Made by a program: the position numbers and the translations under genes. A DNA stretch of 64,000 nt, taken from contig NC_087436.1 in NCBI RefSeq assembly GCF_036321535.1, forward strand, positions 33,606,001 to 33,670,000. Direction: 5' to 3'. Numbering within the stretch: position 1 is the stretch's first letter; each line of letters opens with the position of its first letter. Of the stretch, positions 52,120 to 64,000 are shown in pieces. This DNA comes from Camelus dromedarius (Eukaryota). Under the pieces are notes generated by a model, which saw only the letters and a list, made by a program, of their open reading frames with translations, was not told the origin of the DNA and did no database searches.

Positions 52120-53072
52120 AAACCTTTTCCTCTCAGACATCCTGATCTCATGAATGACAGCACCGCTGAGAAACTTTCCCAAGTCAGAAAGTTGACAGGC
52201 TTCCATGAGTCCTTATTTTAATTATTTCCCCACAATATTTTCTGTCACCTAATTCTGTCGATTACATCTTTAAATATTTCTCAAATCTGTCCATTCCTTT
52301 TAAATGTCACTGTCTGCCACTAACTGGCTTTCAGACAGCTCCGTTTCTTCATTTGTGTTATTGAAAACAGTCTCTTAATCAATCTCGCTGTCTTTAATCT
52401 ATTCCCAGCCACAATTTATCTTCTACATTTGAGCTGAATGAAGCTTAAACTGCAAATATAACTGTGTCATTATCCTATTCTAAATCCTTTAATGACTTCC
52501 TAATGCCTTCATGGCTCTATTTTAAACTCTTTGATCTGGAAAAGGCCCTTCATAATTTGGCCCCAACTTCCCAACTTCAAGTCTTTCACTCATGACTCTG
52601 CCACCTACAGTCCAGTGCTCTTCAAACTTCCCATCAGTCTCTCTCTCTCTTCCTCCTTTTCTTTCTCTGATGACACACGCACACACGCCATTCTATCTGT
52701 GATTCATTTACGTAGAACATTTCTCTTGCCATTTCATGTAACTGACTCTTTTATGCTTACAACTTACTTCTTCACAGACAGTAACTTTACTGGCAGGTGG
52801 AAGCTCTCACTGACCTCTGAAACTTCTGTCTAAGTTACATGCTCCCCTTTTGTGTCTCCATAGTACACACACTCTGCCTGTCGCGGCTACAGCATTTACC
52901 ACAATGTATGATAACTGCTTGTTTGCTCTTCACTTGGTTGTCATGATTAACTTGAGAGCACTGTCATAATCAGACTTTTTTCAGCTTTTGTCTCTAACGC
53001 ATCATCCAGTATCCGCATGGGGTGAACAGGAAGCTTCTTAAATATTAAGGAAAGAATAAGTGGACAAATAAA
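52120..53072 (+). mobile_element. LINE-2 3' region (about 950 bp)
   Basis: tctgtcacctaattctgtcgattacatctttaaatatttctcaaatctgtcc...aaatcctttaatgacttcctaatgcc...aaggcccttcataatttggcccc. Confidence 0.85.
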
Positions 53073-53389
53073 GGGATATCAGTTTGTTTGCCCTGAATCC
53101 CTCCTTCAGGAAGCAAACACTGCCCAGTTGTTGGAGGTGTAAATCACATTCCCTCATTTCCTACATCTAGAGCTACACATGCAGTCCAGACTATTCGACA
53201 CAGGGGACTTCCATTGGATCCTTGATGACCACTTCTTAGAATATTTTAGGTAACAGTCAAGTATCAGAGATTTTAGATAAAATTTTAGATTATATGACTC
53301 AAGGAAGGAGAGTATAAGAGAAATTCATCTTACTTCTTACAGTAGGGACTACCCTACTATATGTGTATATATGTGTGTGTATATATATA

Positions 53390-53908
53390 TAGCCTACCCA
53401 GGGGCCATTCACCGTGTCATCCACATTGACTCGCCTCAGTTTTATTTAAGTGCCCAATCTCAACCACATGATTTAGACTTAAATTCCTATCAGTCTAAGC
53501 CAATCGTGCAGTTTCATTTTCCATGTCCGTGATCTGTTCAGAGGTCTAGGTGATATGAGGTGATGTCTCCTGGGGAATATCTGAGAAATAGTTTTTTGTC
53601 TTATTAGGAAGGATTCCTTTTACATGAGACAGAGGGTTTTGCCTCTCCTGTGTCACTTCTGGAATGATGACTGTCACCTTGAGATGAGATACACCAACTC
53701 GAGGCCAAGTTCACACACTCAGAATGGCAGAGTGGAGAGATTCAAAGAAATGGCCTTCTTGATAATGATATCAAGTTCCTGAATTAACCACCCTGGGTCA
53801 GCCAATGCTGAGAACACTTGTTATGTGAGATGATAAACTGTCCTTACTGCTCACTTTAGGTGGTATGTGATTTAATGTTACTTGCAGCAACAGTTATCTT
53901 AATAATGA
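53390..53908 (+). mobile_element. MaLR LTR (MLT1K-like)
   Basis: gtctaagccaatc...cagaatggcagagtggagagattcaaagaaa...cttgttatgtgagatgataaa...tgttacttgcagc. Confidence 0.75.
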
Positions 53909-54619
53909 TGATATTAAATTACTCAAAGTAATGAAATTCATAATCATATTTAATTGAGGGTTGAATTTTTTTCTTTAACTGTTTGATTTCCAATTTGAAC
54001 TGTCCAAATATTTTGGTAACTTTACCTTTCCTCAAAATTCAGTCAAATTACTTGAAAGTTAAATAAAACAAACAAAAATTAATACTATATATGAAATGCC
54101 AGGGTATGAGGTATGGAGCACTGAACTTAGTTACTCAACTGATAAATGTGTAACACATTAAGATTTAATAGAAGTTTCAAATAAGTATTTAGGGAAACAT
54201 GATCTTAAACCAAGCTACTCACAGAATATTCACTTTGAGCTATACTGCATAATCTCGCCTCACTAAAATGTGAGTTTATTTTCAGTTGAGGTATGCCAAA
54301 GCAATAAAAGGTATGACTGAAAAAAGTATAATTTTCCAAAGACTAGGCAATTATTACATCATTTCATTTTTATTTTAATTAAATATGTATTAAATACTGC
54401 ATACAAATTTTCATGTTAATTAATCAAGGCAAAATGAAATATTTCAAGCACAATGATCATTGTTTAAACTAAGTTATGTAGACTGTTGAGCATAACATTA
54501 ACTGTATTATATGGAACACATTATTTAGATAATTATTAATTGGGGCATATTATTTTATAGAAAATAAGAAAGTTAATATAATAATCATTGGAACCAAAAT
54601 ACTCAACCTTTGCAATACT

Positions 54620-54765
54620 AATTATTTTCCATTTATACACTGAGTGAGAACATAAAAAAATTAGGGAAAGAGTAGGCTACACAGATGGAAAGTAGCCAAA
54701 ACATGATTAGTATCCAGGTTTGTCTACTTCCAAAACCTGTGTACTTTCTATTTATACCCCACCAC
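54620..54765 (-). mobile_element. MIR fragment
   Basis: attattttccatttatacactgag...tatccaggtttgtctacttccaaaacctgtgtactttc. Confidence 0.55.
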
Positions 54766-54934
54766 ATAGTATCAGGTGGGATACCATTGCTAGTAAGATC
54801 ATTAAAAACTGATTTTATCCCTTTTTCATAGACATGCTCTTTGCTTATACTTTAGTAAAAATATGAATCATGGCTTATTGCAAAGTTGCAGTCACAGGGA
54901 GGCAGAGTTCATTTTGGAATACTCATTTGGCCTG

Positions 54935-56105
54935 AAGACAAGCAAAAAATTAAACAAATTGGACCTAGTTAAACTCATAAGCCTTTGCAGAAAAAGAAAC
55001 CTTAAACAAAACAAAATGACAACCTACAGAATGGGATTAAATATTTGATATTTGTGAAGGATGTGACTGATAAAGCCTTAATTTCCAGAATATATAAACA
55101 GCTCATACAACCTAATAACAAAAAGGCAAACAACCCAATCCAAAAATGGGCAGAAGACCTAAACAAGAAATTCTCCAATGAAGACACACGAATGGCCAAT
55201 AGGCACATGAAAAAATGCTCAATAATGCTAATTATCTGAGAAATGCAAATCAAAACTACAATGAGGTGTCACATCATACAAATTAGAATAGCTATCATTC
55301 AAAAGTCCATGAATGATAAATGCTGGAGAGGGTGTGGAGAAAAAGGAACCCCCCTTACACCGCTGGCAGAAATGTAGTTTGGTGAAGTCTTTACAGAAAA
55401 CAGTATGGAGATTCCTCAAAAAACTGAAAACAGACTTACCATATGATCCAGAAATCCCACTCTTGGGCATATGTCAGGAGAGAATTCTAATTCGAAAAGA
55501 TACATGCACCTCAATGTTCATAGCATCACTATATACAATAATCAAGACATGGAAGCAACCTAAATGTCCATCAACAGATGACTGGATAAAGAAGCTGTGG
55601 TATATTTATATAATGGAATACTACTGGGCCATAAAAAAGAATAAAATAATGCCATTTGCAGCAACATGGATGGACATAGAGACCATCATTCTAAGTGAAG
55701 TAAGCCAGAAAGAGAAAGAAAAATACCATATAATATCACTCATATATGGAATCTAAAAAACAAAGAAAAAAAAAGGACACTATGAACTCATCTACAAAAC
55801 AGAAACAGACTCCAGACATAGCAATTTTATGGTTACTGGGGAAGGGTAGGGGGAAGGGATAAATTTGAGAGTTTGAGATTTACAAATGTTAGCCACTATA
55901 TATAAAAATAGATTTTTTAAAATTTCTGCTGTATAGCACAGGGAATTATGTTCAATATATTGTAATAACCTTTAATGAAAAGGAATATGAAAATGAAAAT
56001 ATGTCTATATATATGCATGACTGGGACATTGTGGTGTACATCACAGAAATTGACACATTGTAACTACTTCAATAAAAAAGAAAAAAATTTAAAAAAAGAA
56101 AAAAT
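54935..56105 (+). mobile_element. 5'-truncated young LINE-1 (ORF2 C-terminus + 3'UTR + A-tail)
   Basis: The 147-aa ORF at 55313-55756 is the L1 ORF2p C-terminus (VWRFLKKLKTDLPYDPEIPLLGI...KWKQPKCPS-like...ILSEVSQKEK); ends acttcaataaaaaagaaaaaaa. Confidence 0.94.
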
Positions 56106-57926
56106 TAAATGTTGATTTAAAAAGATGGTTAAGACATGAAAAAATATGAAATAGTACACGGCACTATAATAATTTTCATATTCATAATTATTCCACATGT
56201 AGAAGAGTAAAGATAGCCAGTATATTTATCCTATACCAATATTTCACTTTAAGTCTCCTAAGATATTCTACCATGCTAACATAGTATATTTTATATCAAA
56301 ATTTCAATAAGAAATAACCATTATTTGCTATAAAGCAAACTTGTCTGCAACATAGATTTCCCATAAAACCATAAAACAAGAGAGACTGAACATGTTGAAT
56401 TGTGGCTAAATTATATTTTTATGGAGAGTGGCCAAGATGGCAGAGAAGAAAGATCTCAAGCTCACCTCCTCCCACACCAAAATCACAATTATCTGTAGAA
56501 GAACTATTGATGAAAAGGACTGGAACCTACCAGAAAAGATTATCTACAGCTAAAGATATAAAGAAGGGACCAAAAGGAGATGGGTAGGAGATGTGGACCC
56601 ATGATATAATCAAAGTCCATACTCCCTGGGTAGGGAGCCCACAAACTGGAGAATAATTATATTGCAGAGGTTCTCCCATAGGAGTGAGAATTCTGAGCCC
56701 CATGTCAGGCTCACCAGCCTGGGGTTCTAGCACTGGGAAGATAAGCCCCCAGAGTATTTGTCTTTGAAGGCCAGTGGGGCTGAACTGCAGGAGCCCCATA
56801 GGACTTGGGAGAAATAGAAACTTCACTCTTACAGGACACACACAAAATGTCACATGCACTGAGACCGGGGCAAAAGCAGTAATTTGATAGGAGGCTGGGC
56901 CCTACCTATCTGGTCTTATCCAGGTCTCCAGTGAATACTGGAGAGGCAAGGGGTGGCTGCAGCTCACCCTGGGGACATATACAATGGTGTCAGAAATACT
57001 GGGGACCATTCAGCCCTGTGAACACTCATGGCAGCTGATATCTTGGATTATTAGCACCAAGACCTAGCCCCACCCAAAAGCCTGTAGTCTTCAGTGCTGG
57101 GACACAGGCCAAACAACAAACTGGGTGGGGACACAGCCCCACCCATCAGCAAACAGGGTGCCTCGAGACTAAAGAGCCCACAGTGGCCTCTGGTATGCCC
57201 CTAGAAAGGACCCAGCCCAGCAGAGGACCAAGACCCACCTCCAGCCACCAGTGGACAGGCACCAGCCCTTCCTGCCAGGAAGCCCACACAAGCCCAGCAT
57301 CACCCACCAGGGGGCAGACACCAGAAGCAAGAAAACTATGATCCAACAACATAGGCCAGACCCTACCCTGGGACAAGCTGGGCCCTGTTGACTAGCAGAC
57401 CAACAAAACCCTCCTTCCAGACACCCCAGAATCCATTCCCAACTGCATCAGGAACCAGCCCAGCCCCACCAATGACCTGAAACAGGCTCTGGGAATCCCT
57501 GGACCCCGACCCAGGAACCAATTCTGCCTGCCAGTAGTTTGGCACTAACCCCAGGATCCAGTTTCACCTACCAGTGGGTGGGCAACAGCCACAGAATCAT
57601 GGGACTCGGACTGTGTACACCAGTGAACCTGCACTAGCCCCTAGGATTCCACAGCCAACCACCTCGTGCCCCACCCAACAGCAGCCAGCAGCATCCATAC
57701 GAGGCAACCCTGGCACCAAACCACACAAGGGGCCAGCCAAGCCTGTGAGACCGCCCACATAGTCAGCCCACCACAACAGAAGGACACACACAGCCCTCTA
57801 ATGGGGAACCCCTAGAGCATGTGGCTTGGGCGATGACAGGAAAGCACACTCCTACAGAGGCTAGCTCTCCATGGTCAAGAAACCTAACCAACCCCTACAT
57901 AAAGATACAAAGGCAACTCAGACAAA

Positions 57927-58803
57927 ACGAGGTGGCAGAGGAATATATTCCCGATGGGAAAACAAGATAACACTCCAGCAGAAGAACTAAGTGAAGTGGA
58001 GATAGGCAGTTTACCTGAGAAGGAGTTCAGAGTAATGATCATAAAGATGACCAAAGAACTCAGGAGAAGAATGGATGCACAGAGTAAGACGTTGGAAGTT
58101 TTTAACAAAGAGTTAGACAATATTTAAGAACCAAATAGAGATGAAGAATACAGTATCTGAAATGAAAAATACACTAGAAGGAATCAATAGTGGACAAAAT
58201 GATTCAGAAGAATGGATCAGTGAGCTGGAAGGCAGAGTAGTGGAAATCACTGCCACCAAACAGAAAAAAGAATGAAAAGAAATGGGGCCAGTTTAAGAGA
58301 CCTTTGGGACAACATCAAGCACAATAATATTCACATTATAGGTGTCCCAGAGGGAGAAGAGATAGAGACAAGGAGCCTGAAATAGAGAAGAACTGAAAAC
58401 CTCCCTAACCTGCGAAAATAAATAGTTATCCAACTCCAGGAAGTACAGAGTCCCATATAGGATTAACCCCAAGAGGAACACACCAAGACCCATTGTAATT
58501 AAAATGGAAAAATTAAACATAGAGAACACTAAAAGCAGCAAGGGAAACGCAACAAATAACATACGGGGAACTTCCCATAAGGCTATCAGCTGACTTTTCA
58601 GCAGAAATTCTGTAAGCCAGAAGGGAGTGGCATAATATATTTAAAGTCATGAAAGGCAAAACCTACAGCCAAGAATCTTCTACTCAATGAGGCTCTCATT
58701 CAGATTTGGTGGAGAAATCAAAAGCTTTATAGACAAGCAAAAGGTAAAAGAATTCAGCACCACCAAACCAGCTTTACAGTAAATGCTACAGAAACATCCC
58801 TAG
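57927..58803 (+). pseudogene. decayed L1 ORF1p (start apparently mutated to ACG; stops and frameshifts)
   Basis: xRWQRNIFPMGKQDNTPAEELSEVEIGSLPEKEFRVMIIKM...; C-terminal cccataaggctatcagctgacttttcagcagaa. Confidence 0.8.
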
Positions 58804-59277
58804 GCAGAAAAGAAAAGGCCACAACTAGAAACAAAGGTATAGAAGGAAAAAGCTCACTAGTAAAGGCAAACATACAGTAAAGGCAGGAAATTATCCACAC
58901 ACAAAGTTAGTAGGGAGGTTAAAAGATAAATGTAGTAAAAGCATATGTATCCCCAATAAGCTGTTACGATTACACAAAACAATTGGATGCAATATATTAT
59001 ATCAAAAATAGCCATCAGGAGGAGAGGAGAGTACAAATGCAGGGTTATCTAAAATGCATTTGAAATTAAGATATCAGTAACCTAAAGCAATCACATATAT
59101 ACAGACTGCTATACAAAAACCTCATGGTAACTGCAAATCAAAAATCTATAATAGATATACAAACCAAAAAAGAAAAAAAGAAATCCAAACATAGCACTAT
59201 AGACAGTGATATCACAAGAGAAGAGAACAAAAGAAAGGGGGAAAAAAGACCTACAAAAACAAATCAGAATTAACAAC

Positions 59278-61826
59278 ATGATAATAATAACATACATATT
59301 GATAATTACCTTAAATGCAAAAGGATTAAATGTTCCAACCGAAAGTCACAGACTGGCTGAATGGATACAAAAGAAGATATAGATAGATACAGATATAGAT
59401 ATAGATATAGCCTACAAGAGACCCACTTCAGATCCAGACACGTACAGACTGAAAATAAGGATATGGAAAAAGTATTCCATGCAAATGAAGTCAAATGAAA
59501 GTCAGAGCAGCAATACTTATGTCAGACAAAATCGGCTTTAAAATAAAGACAATTACAAGAGACAAATTAGGATACTACACAATAATCAAGGGATAAATCC
59601 AAGAGGAAGACATAACAAAATATATGGACCCTACACAGGAGCACCTCAATATATAAGGTAAATGTTAACAGATATAAAAGGAGAAATCCACAGTAATATA
59701 ATAATATTAGAGGACTCTGACATCCCCCCCCCCTTACATCAATGGACAGAGCATCCAGACAGAAAATAAGGAAACACATGCCTTACATATTACCAAATGG
59801 ACTTAATTGATATTTATAGAGTATTCCACCTGAAAGCAGCAGAATACACATTCTTTGCAGGTGCACATGGAACATTCTCCAGGATAGATCACATGCTAGG
59901 CCATAAAATGAGCCTCAGTAAATTTAAGAAAAATGAAATCATATCAAGCATCTTTTCTGACCACAATGCTCTGAGAATAGAAATCAACTACAAGAAAAAA
60001 AAAAAAAAAACCCTGCAAAACCCACAAATATGTGGAGGCTAAACAATATGCTACCAAATAATGGATCACTGAAGAAATCAAAGAGGAAATAAAAAAATAC
60101 ATAGAGAAAAATGAAAATGAAAACATGTCAACCCAAAACCTGTGGAATGCAACAAAAGCAGTCTAAGAGGAAATTTTATAGTGATACAAGCTTACCTCAG
60201 GAAACAAGAAAAATTGTAAATGAACAATGTAATTTTACCCTTAAAGCAATCAGAGAGAGAACAAATGAAACCCAAAGTTAGTAGAAGGAAAGAAATCATA
60301 AAGATCAGAGTAGAAAGAAGTAAAATAAAGACTGAAAAACAATAGAAAAGATCAATTAAACTAAAAGCTGGTTCCTTAAAAAGATAAACAAAGTTGTAAA
60401 TCTTTAGCCAGACTCATCAAGAAAAAAGGTAGAGGGCCCAAATCAATACAATCAGAAAGAAAAAGAAGTGAAAACTGACACCATAGATGTACAAAGGCTC
60501 ATAAGAGACTACTATGAGCAACTATGCACCAATAAAATGGACAACCTAGAATAAACGGACAAATTCTTAGAAAGGTACAATCTCCCAAGACTAAACCAGG
60601 AAGAAACAGAAAACATGAACAGACCAATTACCAGTACTGAAACTGAATCAGTAATTTAAAAATTAACAACCATTAAAAGTTCAGGGCCAGATGGCTTTAC
60701 ATGTGAATTCTATCAAACATTTAGAGAAAAGTTAACACCTAACTTTCTGAAAGTATTGCAAAATATTGCAGAGGAAGAAACACTTCTAAACTCATTCTAT
60801 GAGGCCACAATCACCTTGATACCAAAACTAGACAAAGAGACAAAGATATCACAAAATAAAGAGAAAATTACAGGCCAATATCACTGATGAACATACATAC
60901 AAAACTCTTCAACAAAATACTATCAAACCAAATCCAACAGTACATTAAAATGATCATACACCGTGATCAAGTGGGATTTACCCCAGAACACAAGGATTTT
61001 TCAATATCAGTAAATCAATCACTGTGATACAGCACATTAACAAACTGAAGAACAAAAACCATATGCATTTCAATAGATGCAGAAAAGCTTTTGATAAAAT
61101 TTAACATCCATTTATGATAAAAAGTATTCTGAAGGTAGGCATAGAGGGAACATACCTCAACATAATAAAGGCCATATATGACAAACCCAAAGCTAACATT
61201 ATAGTCAGTGGTGAAAAGCTGAAACATTTCCTCTAAGACCAGGAACAAGACAAGAATGCCCTCTCTGGCCACTTTCATTCAACATTGTTTTGGAACTCCT
61301 AGCCACAACAAAAAGAGATGAAACAGAAATGAAAGGACTCCATATTGGAAAAGAAGAAGTAAAACTGTCATTGTTTCCAGATGACATAATACTATGCATA
61401 GGAAATCCTAAAGATGCCACTAGGAAACTATTAGAGCTCATCAATGAATTCAGTAAAATTTCAGGAAACAAAATCAATACACAGAAGTCTATTGCATTCT
61501 ATACACTAAGAACAATATCAAAGAGGAATTAAAGAAATAATCCCCTTTACTATAGCATCAAAAAAGAATAAAATATCTAGGAGTAAACCTACCTAAGGAA
61601 GCAAAAGATCTATACTCTGAAAACTTTAAGGTGCTATGAAAGAAACTGAAGACAATTCAAATAGATGGAAAGCTATACTGTGTTCTAGGATTAGAAGAAC
61701 CAATATTATTAAAATGACCATACCATACAAGGCAATCTACAGATTTAATGCAATCACTGTCAAATTACCAATGGCATTTTTCACAGAATTGGAACAAAAA
61801 TTTTTAATTTGTATGGAAACACAGAA
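59278..61826 (+). pseudogene. decayed L1 ORF2p (APE endonuclease + RT), truncated
   Basis: ATG at 59278 then TYILIITLNAKGLN; SDH motif (tctgaccac near 59956); RT catalytic motif reads FPDD at about 61374-61385; multiple stops. Confidence 0.88.
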
Positions 61827-62294
61827 GGGATTTTTTTCAACATATATAAAATTCTGGTGAATTTATAGGAAAAAATAGTGAATGGGATTGGAGATAGGGT
61901 ACAGTAAAGCTGCAAAAATTCAAGCTTAAGTTCTTCAGGTTCTGGAGTGACCACAGGGTTCCTGTGGAACCTCTCTATTTTTACATGTGAAAATCAGTCA
62001 CCTAATAGTCAGTGATTCACCAATCATAATCATGATTTACTATGATATTAAATACAGAAGGAGGAGTAAGTTTCAGCCAAAAAAAGAATTAATTTATGAA
62101 TATATGGACATTGATATGGATGTGAAATATCCGTGGGAAATATCTAGGCAGATTTTTCGGGTCTCACTGTCAATTTCAGATCCCGTAAGTTCCTAGTTCT
62201 ATTTTTCTTCAGTCCCATAATAAAATGAATTATATTTATTTTGCCCTGATAAAACTTTGGGCTAAGTTTTTAAGCTCATAAATTTAAAAGATCT

Positions 62295-62462
62295 GTCCAT
62301 GCATCACAATCAACTGGACTTTAATTCTAGAATTTAATTCTGGAACTCTCTTCAGAAATTTTGATTTGGTAGGTCTGATACATAGTAATCACTCAATAAA
62401 TATTAATAAATAGGTAGAATAAAATATACTGGATGAATGGAAAAATATATGAATGAATGAAA
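62295..62462 (+). mobile_element. MER5-like hAT fragment joined to an L2 3' tail
   Basis: tgcatcacaatcaactgg...cagaaattttgatttggtaggtctg then catagtaatcactcaataaatatt...gaatgaatga. Confidence 0.45.
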
Positions 62463-64000
62463 TGACATAATGATATCTACAGATGTATTTATATTCTTAG
62501 GGACAATAGTTACTTTGTGTGTATACATGCACACACATACACACACACACATATACACACACTAAGAGCTACTTTTCCCACACATTTTAAAATTAGCTTT
62601 TTATTCCAAAAGAACAAGGGTTCTTATTGCCTTCATTGATGTCTGTGTTATGAGTTGTACCACAGAATCTTCCAACTTAACCAATTTTTGAAATTACCAA
62701 TATTTACATCGAGATAGCATCATTACAGCTTATAACCTGAAGATACTGGCAATCCAACTGGCAAAGTTTGTGAGGCAAGTTCTAACTCAGTTAATCTCCT
62801 CTCAATAACCATTATTGACGAGTTCTCACATAAATTCTCGTTTCTCTTTTCTTCCAAAATTATCTTGTCAACAGTAAAGGCAAGAAAAATATGAAAGAAC
62901 AAAGCACTTCGATAAGTCCCAAAGATTCTGAAATGGTTTTTATCCCCTCTTGGTAGACACTTTCCATGCTCAGTACTTCTTTTTAGTAGCACATCTGACA
63001 CTGGACGTCTGACCTCTGCTACCCTAATAGCTGTTAATGGAAACCTCACCTCATGCAAAGATAAAATGGATTTTTGGCAGCTGTGAGAGATTATGAAGAG
63101 TAAGACCAATCTTAGTTGGAAGAAGAAGAAAAGAAAGCATCTGTACCTCGAACTACTCAGCTGTTTTTCATTATACATCAAGCCTACGTTTATTACAAAG
63201 GAGGGTAGCCAAGAGACAGACATTGATAGGTCTCCGCACTTAGAACAAGAAGGCCAGAACTTGATAAATTCTATTTTTCAACTTGACTAGAGTTCAAATG
63301 ACTCTCAAATCTGTTTGAATTAGATGGCATATATTTGGTAGATAAACTCAAGAAGACCTTTATTTTTGTCCTTATTTGACTGGTTTGCCTCTTATTTTTG
63401 AGTATAGTGAAATATTAGTTATTACAACTCATTAAAAGAAACAAATAGTTCTATAAATCTCTAATATTTTATAAATAACATGTATTTAAAATCAGTTTTA
63501 GAATATGCTTTATATATTTTAATATAGTTTTATTTGATGTCTTGGGAATTTACAATATGCCCAAAGAAAAAGTCTATATATATAGTCTTGACATAGGAAC
63601 AGCTTGATATGAACCTAATTTCCTCAAGTACAGAACATTTGCATTAGAATTTTTAGGATCACTTGTTATTTTGTTTTGTAATGTTTAATCTATACACTTA
63701 AGTGTTTGTAAGAGAAGTAAAATGCTAGGTTTTGTGATAAACATTTTCTAAAAGCACTAATGTAACTGTAGATTTAGAATAAGTAGTATTTTATAAGACT
63801 GGAGAAGGACAGGGGCATACAACCATATACGTAAATAAAGGTAATTAAAATAACACAGATCTATTTATATGACAAATTTGGGTTTAAAAGAATAACAGTT
63901 TCAGAAATTACATATTTGGAGAAATTTTTGTTTACTTTGAAAGAGCTGTAAGGGACAATGAGAACACAGAGTATCTTCTTATTTATGAAGAAAATTAATT

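Larger units (their letters stand above)
56423..61826 (+). mobile_element. LINE-1 with intact 5' end (5'UTR, ORF1, ORF2 EN and RT), 3'-truncated
   Basis: Starts GGAGAGTGGCCAAGATGGC (YY1-type motif at 56433-56441); GC-rich 5'UTR to about 57920; ORF2 peptides MDLIDIYRVFH..GTFSRIDHMLGHK and [11 protein letters not shown]; stops after gtatggaaacacagaag. Confidence 0.95.

Noticed and set aside
55313..55756. 147-aa ORF as a host gene
   Set aside because: It is the L1 ORF2p C-terminus of a truncated element.
62723..63223. Longest ORF in the track (166 aa, minus strand)
   Set aside because: No recognisable domain, includes translation of a low-complexity pyrimidine tract, and its length is compatible with chance.

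Overview
AT-rich, CpG-poor mammalian genomic DNA (intronic or intergenic), not prokaryotic. The young LINE-1 3' UTRs resemble the camelid (Vicugna/Camelus-type) L1, and I saw no Alu, Bov-A2/BovB, PRE1 or CHR SINEs, so a camelid source is my best guess (inference). About 40% of the window is LINE-1 or HAL1. The rest of the repeat content is L2, CR1/L3, MIR, MaLR/ERV LTRs and hAT/Tigger DNA transposon fossils. I recognise no protein-coding gene, RNA gene or CRISPR array, and the ORF track consists of L1 fragments or chance ORFs. The most notable structure is a nested stack at 7.3-18.3 kb. There an old L1MC-type element hosts (i) a younger L1 with 5'UTR and ORF1 but lacking the EN and most of the RT region, (ii) a second L1 3' end in its tail, and (iii) an LTR-less ERV-L-class pol fragment with a palindromic left junction. 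Other oddities are a scrambled L1MC with a 5'UTR piece between ORF2 and the 3' end, a short L1 3' transduction, and a few weak minus-strand exon candidates. I found no convincing novel biological system. Family names come from recalled consensus similarity rather than a database search, and boundaries are approximate unless a TSD is given.
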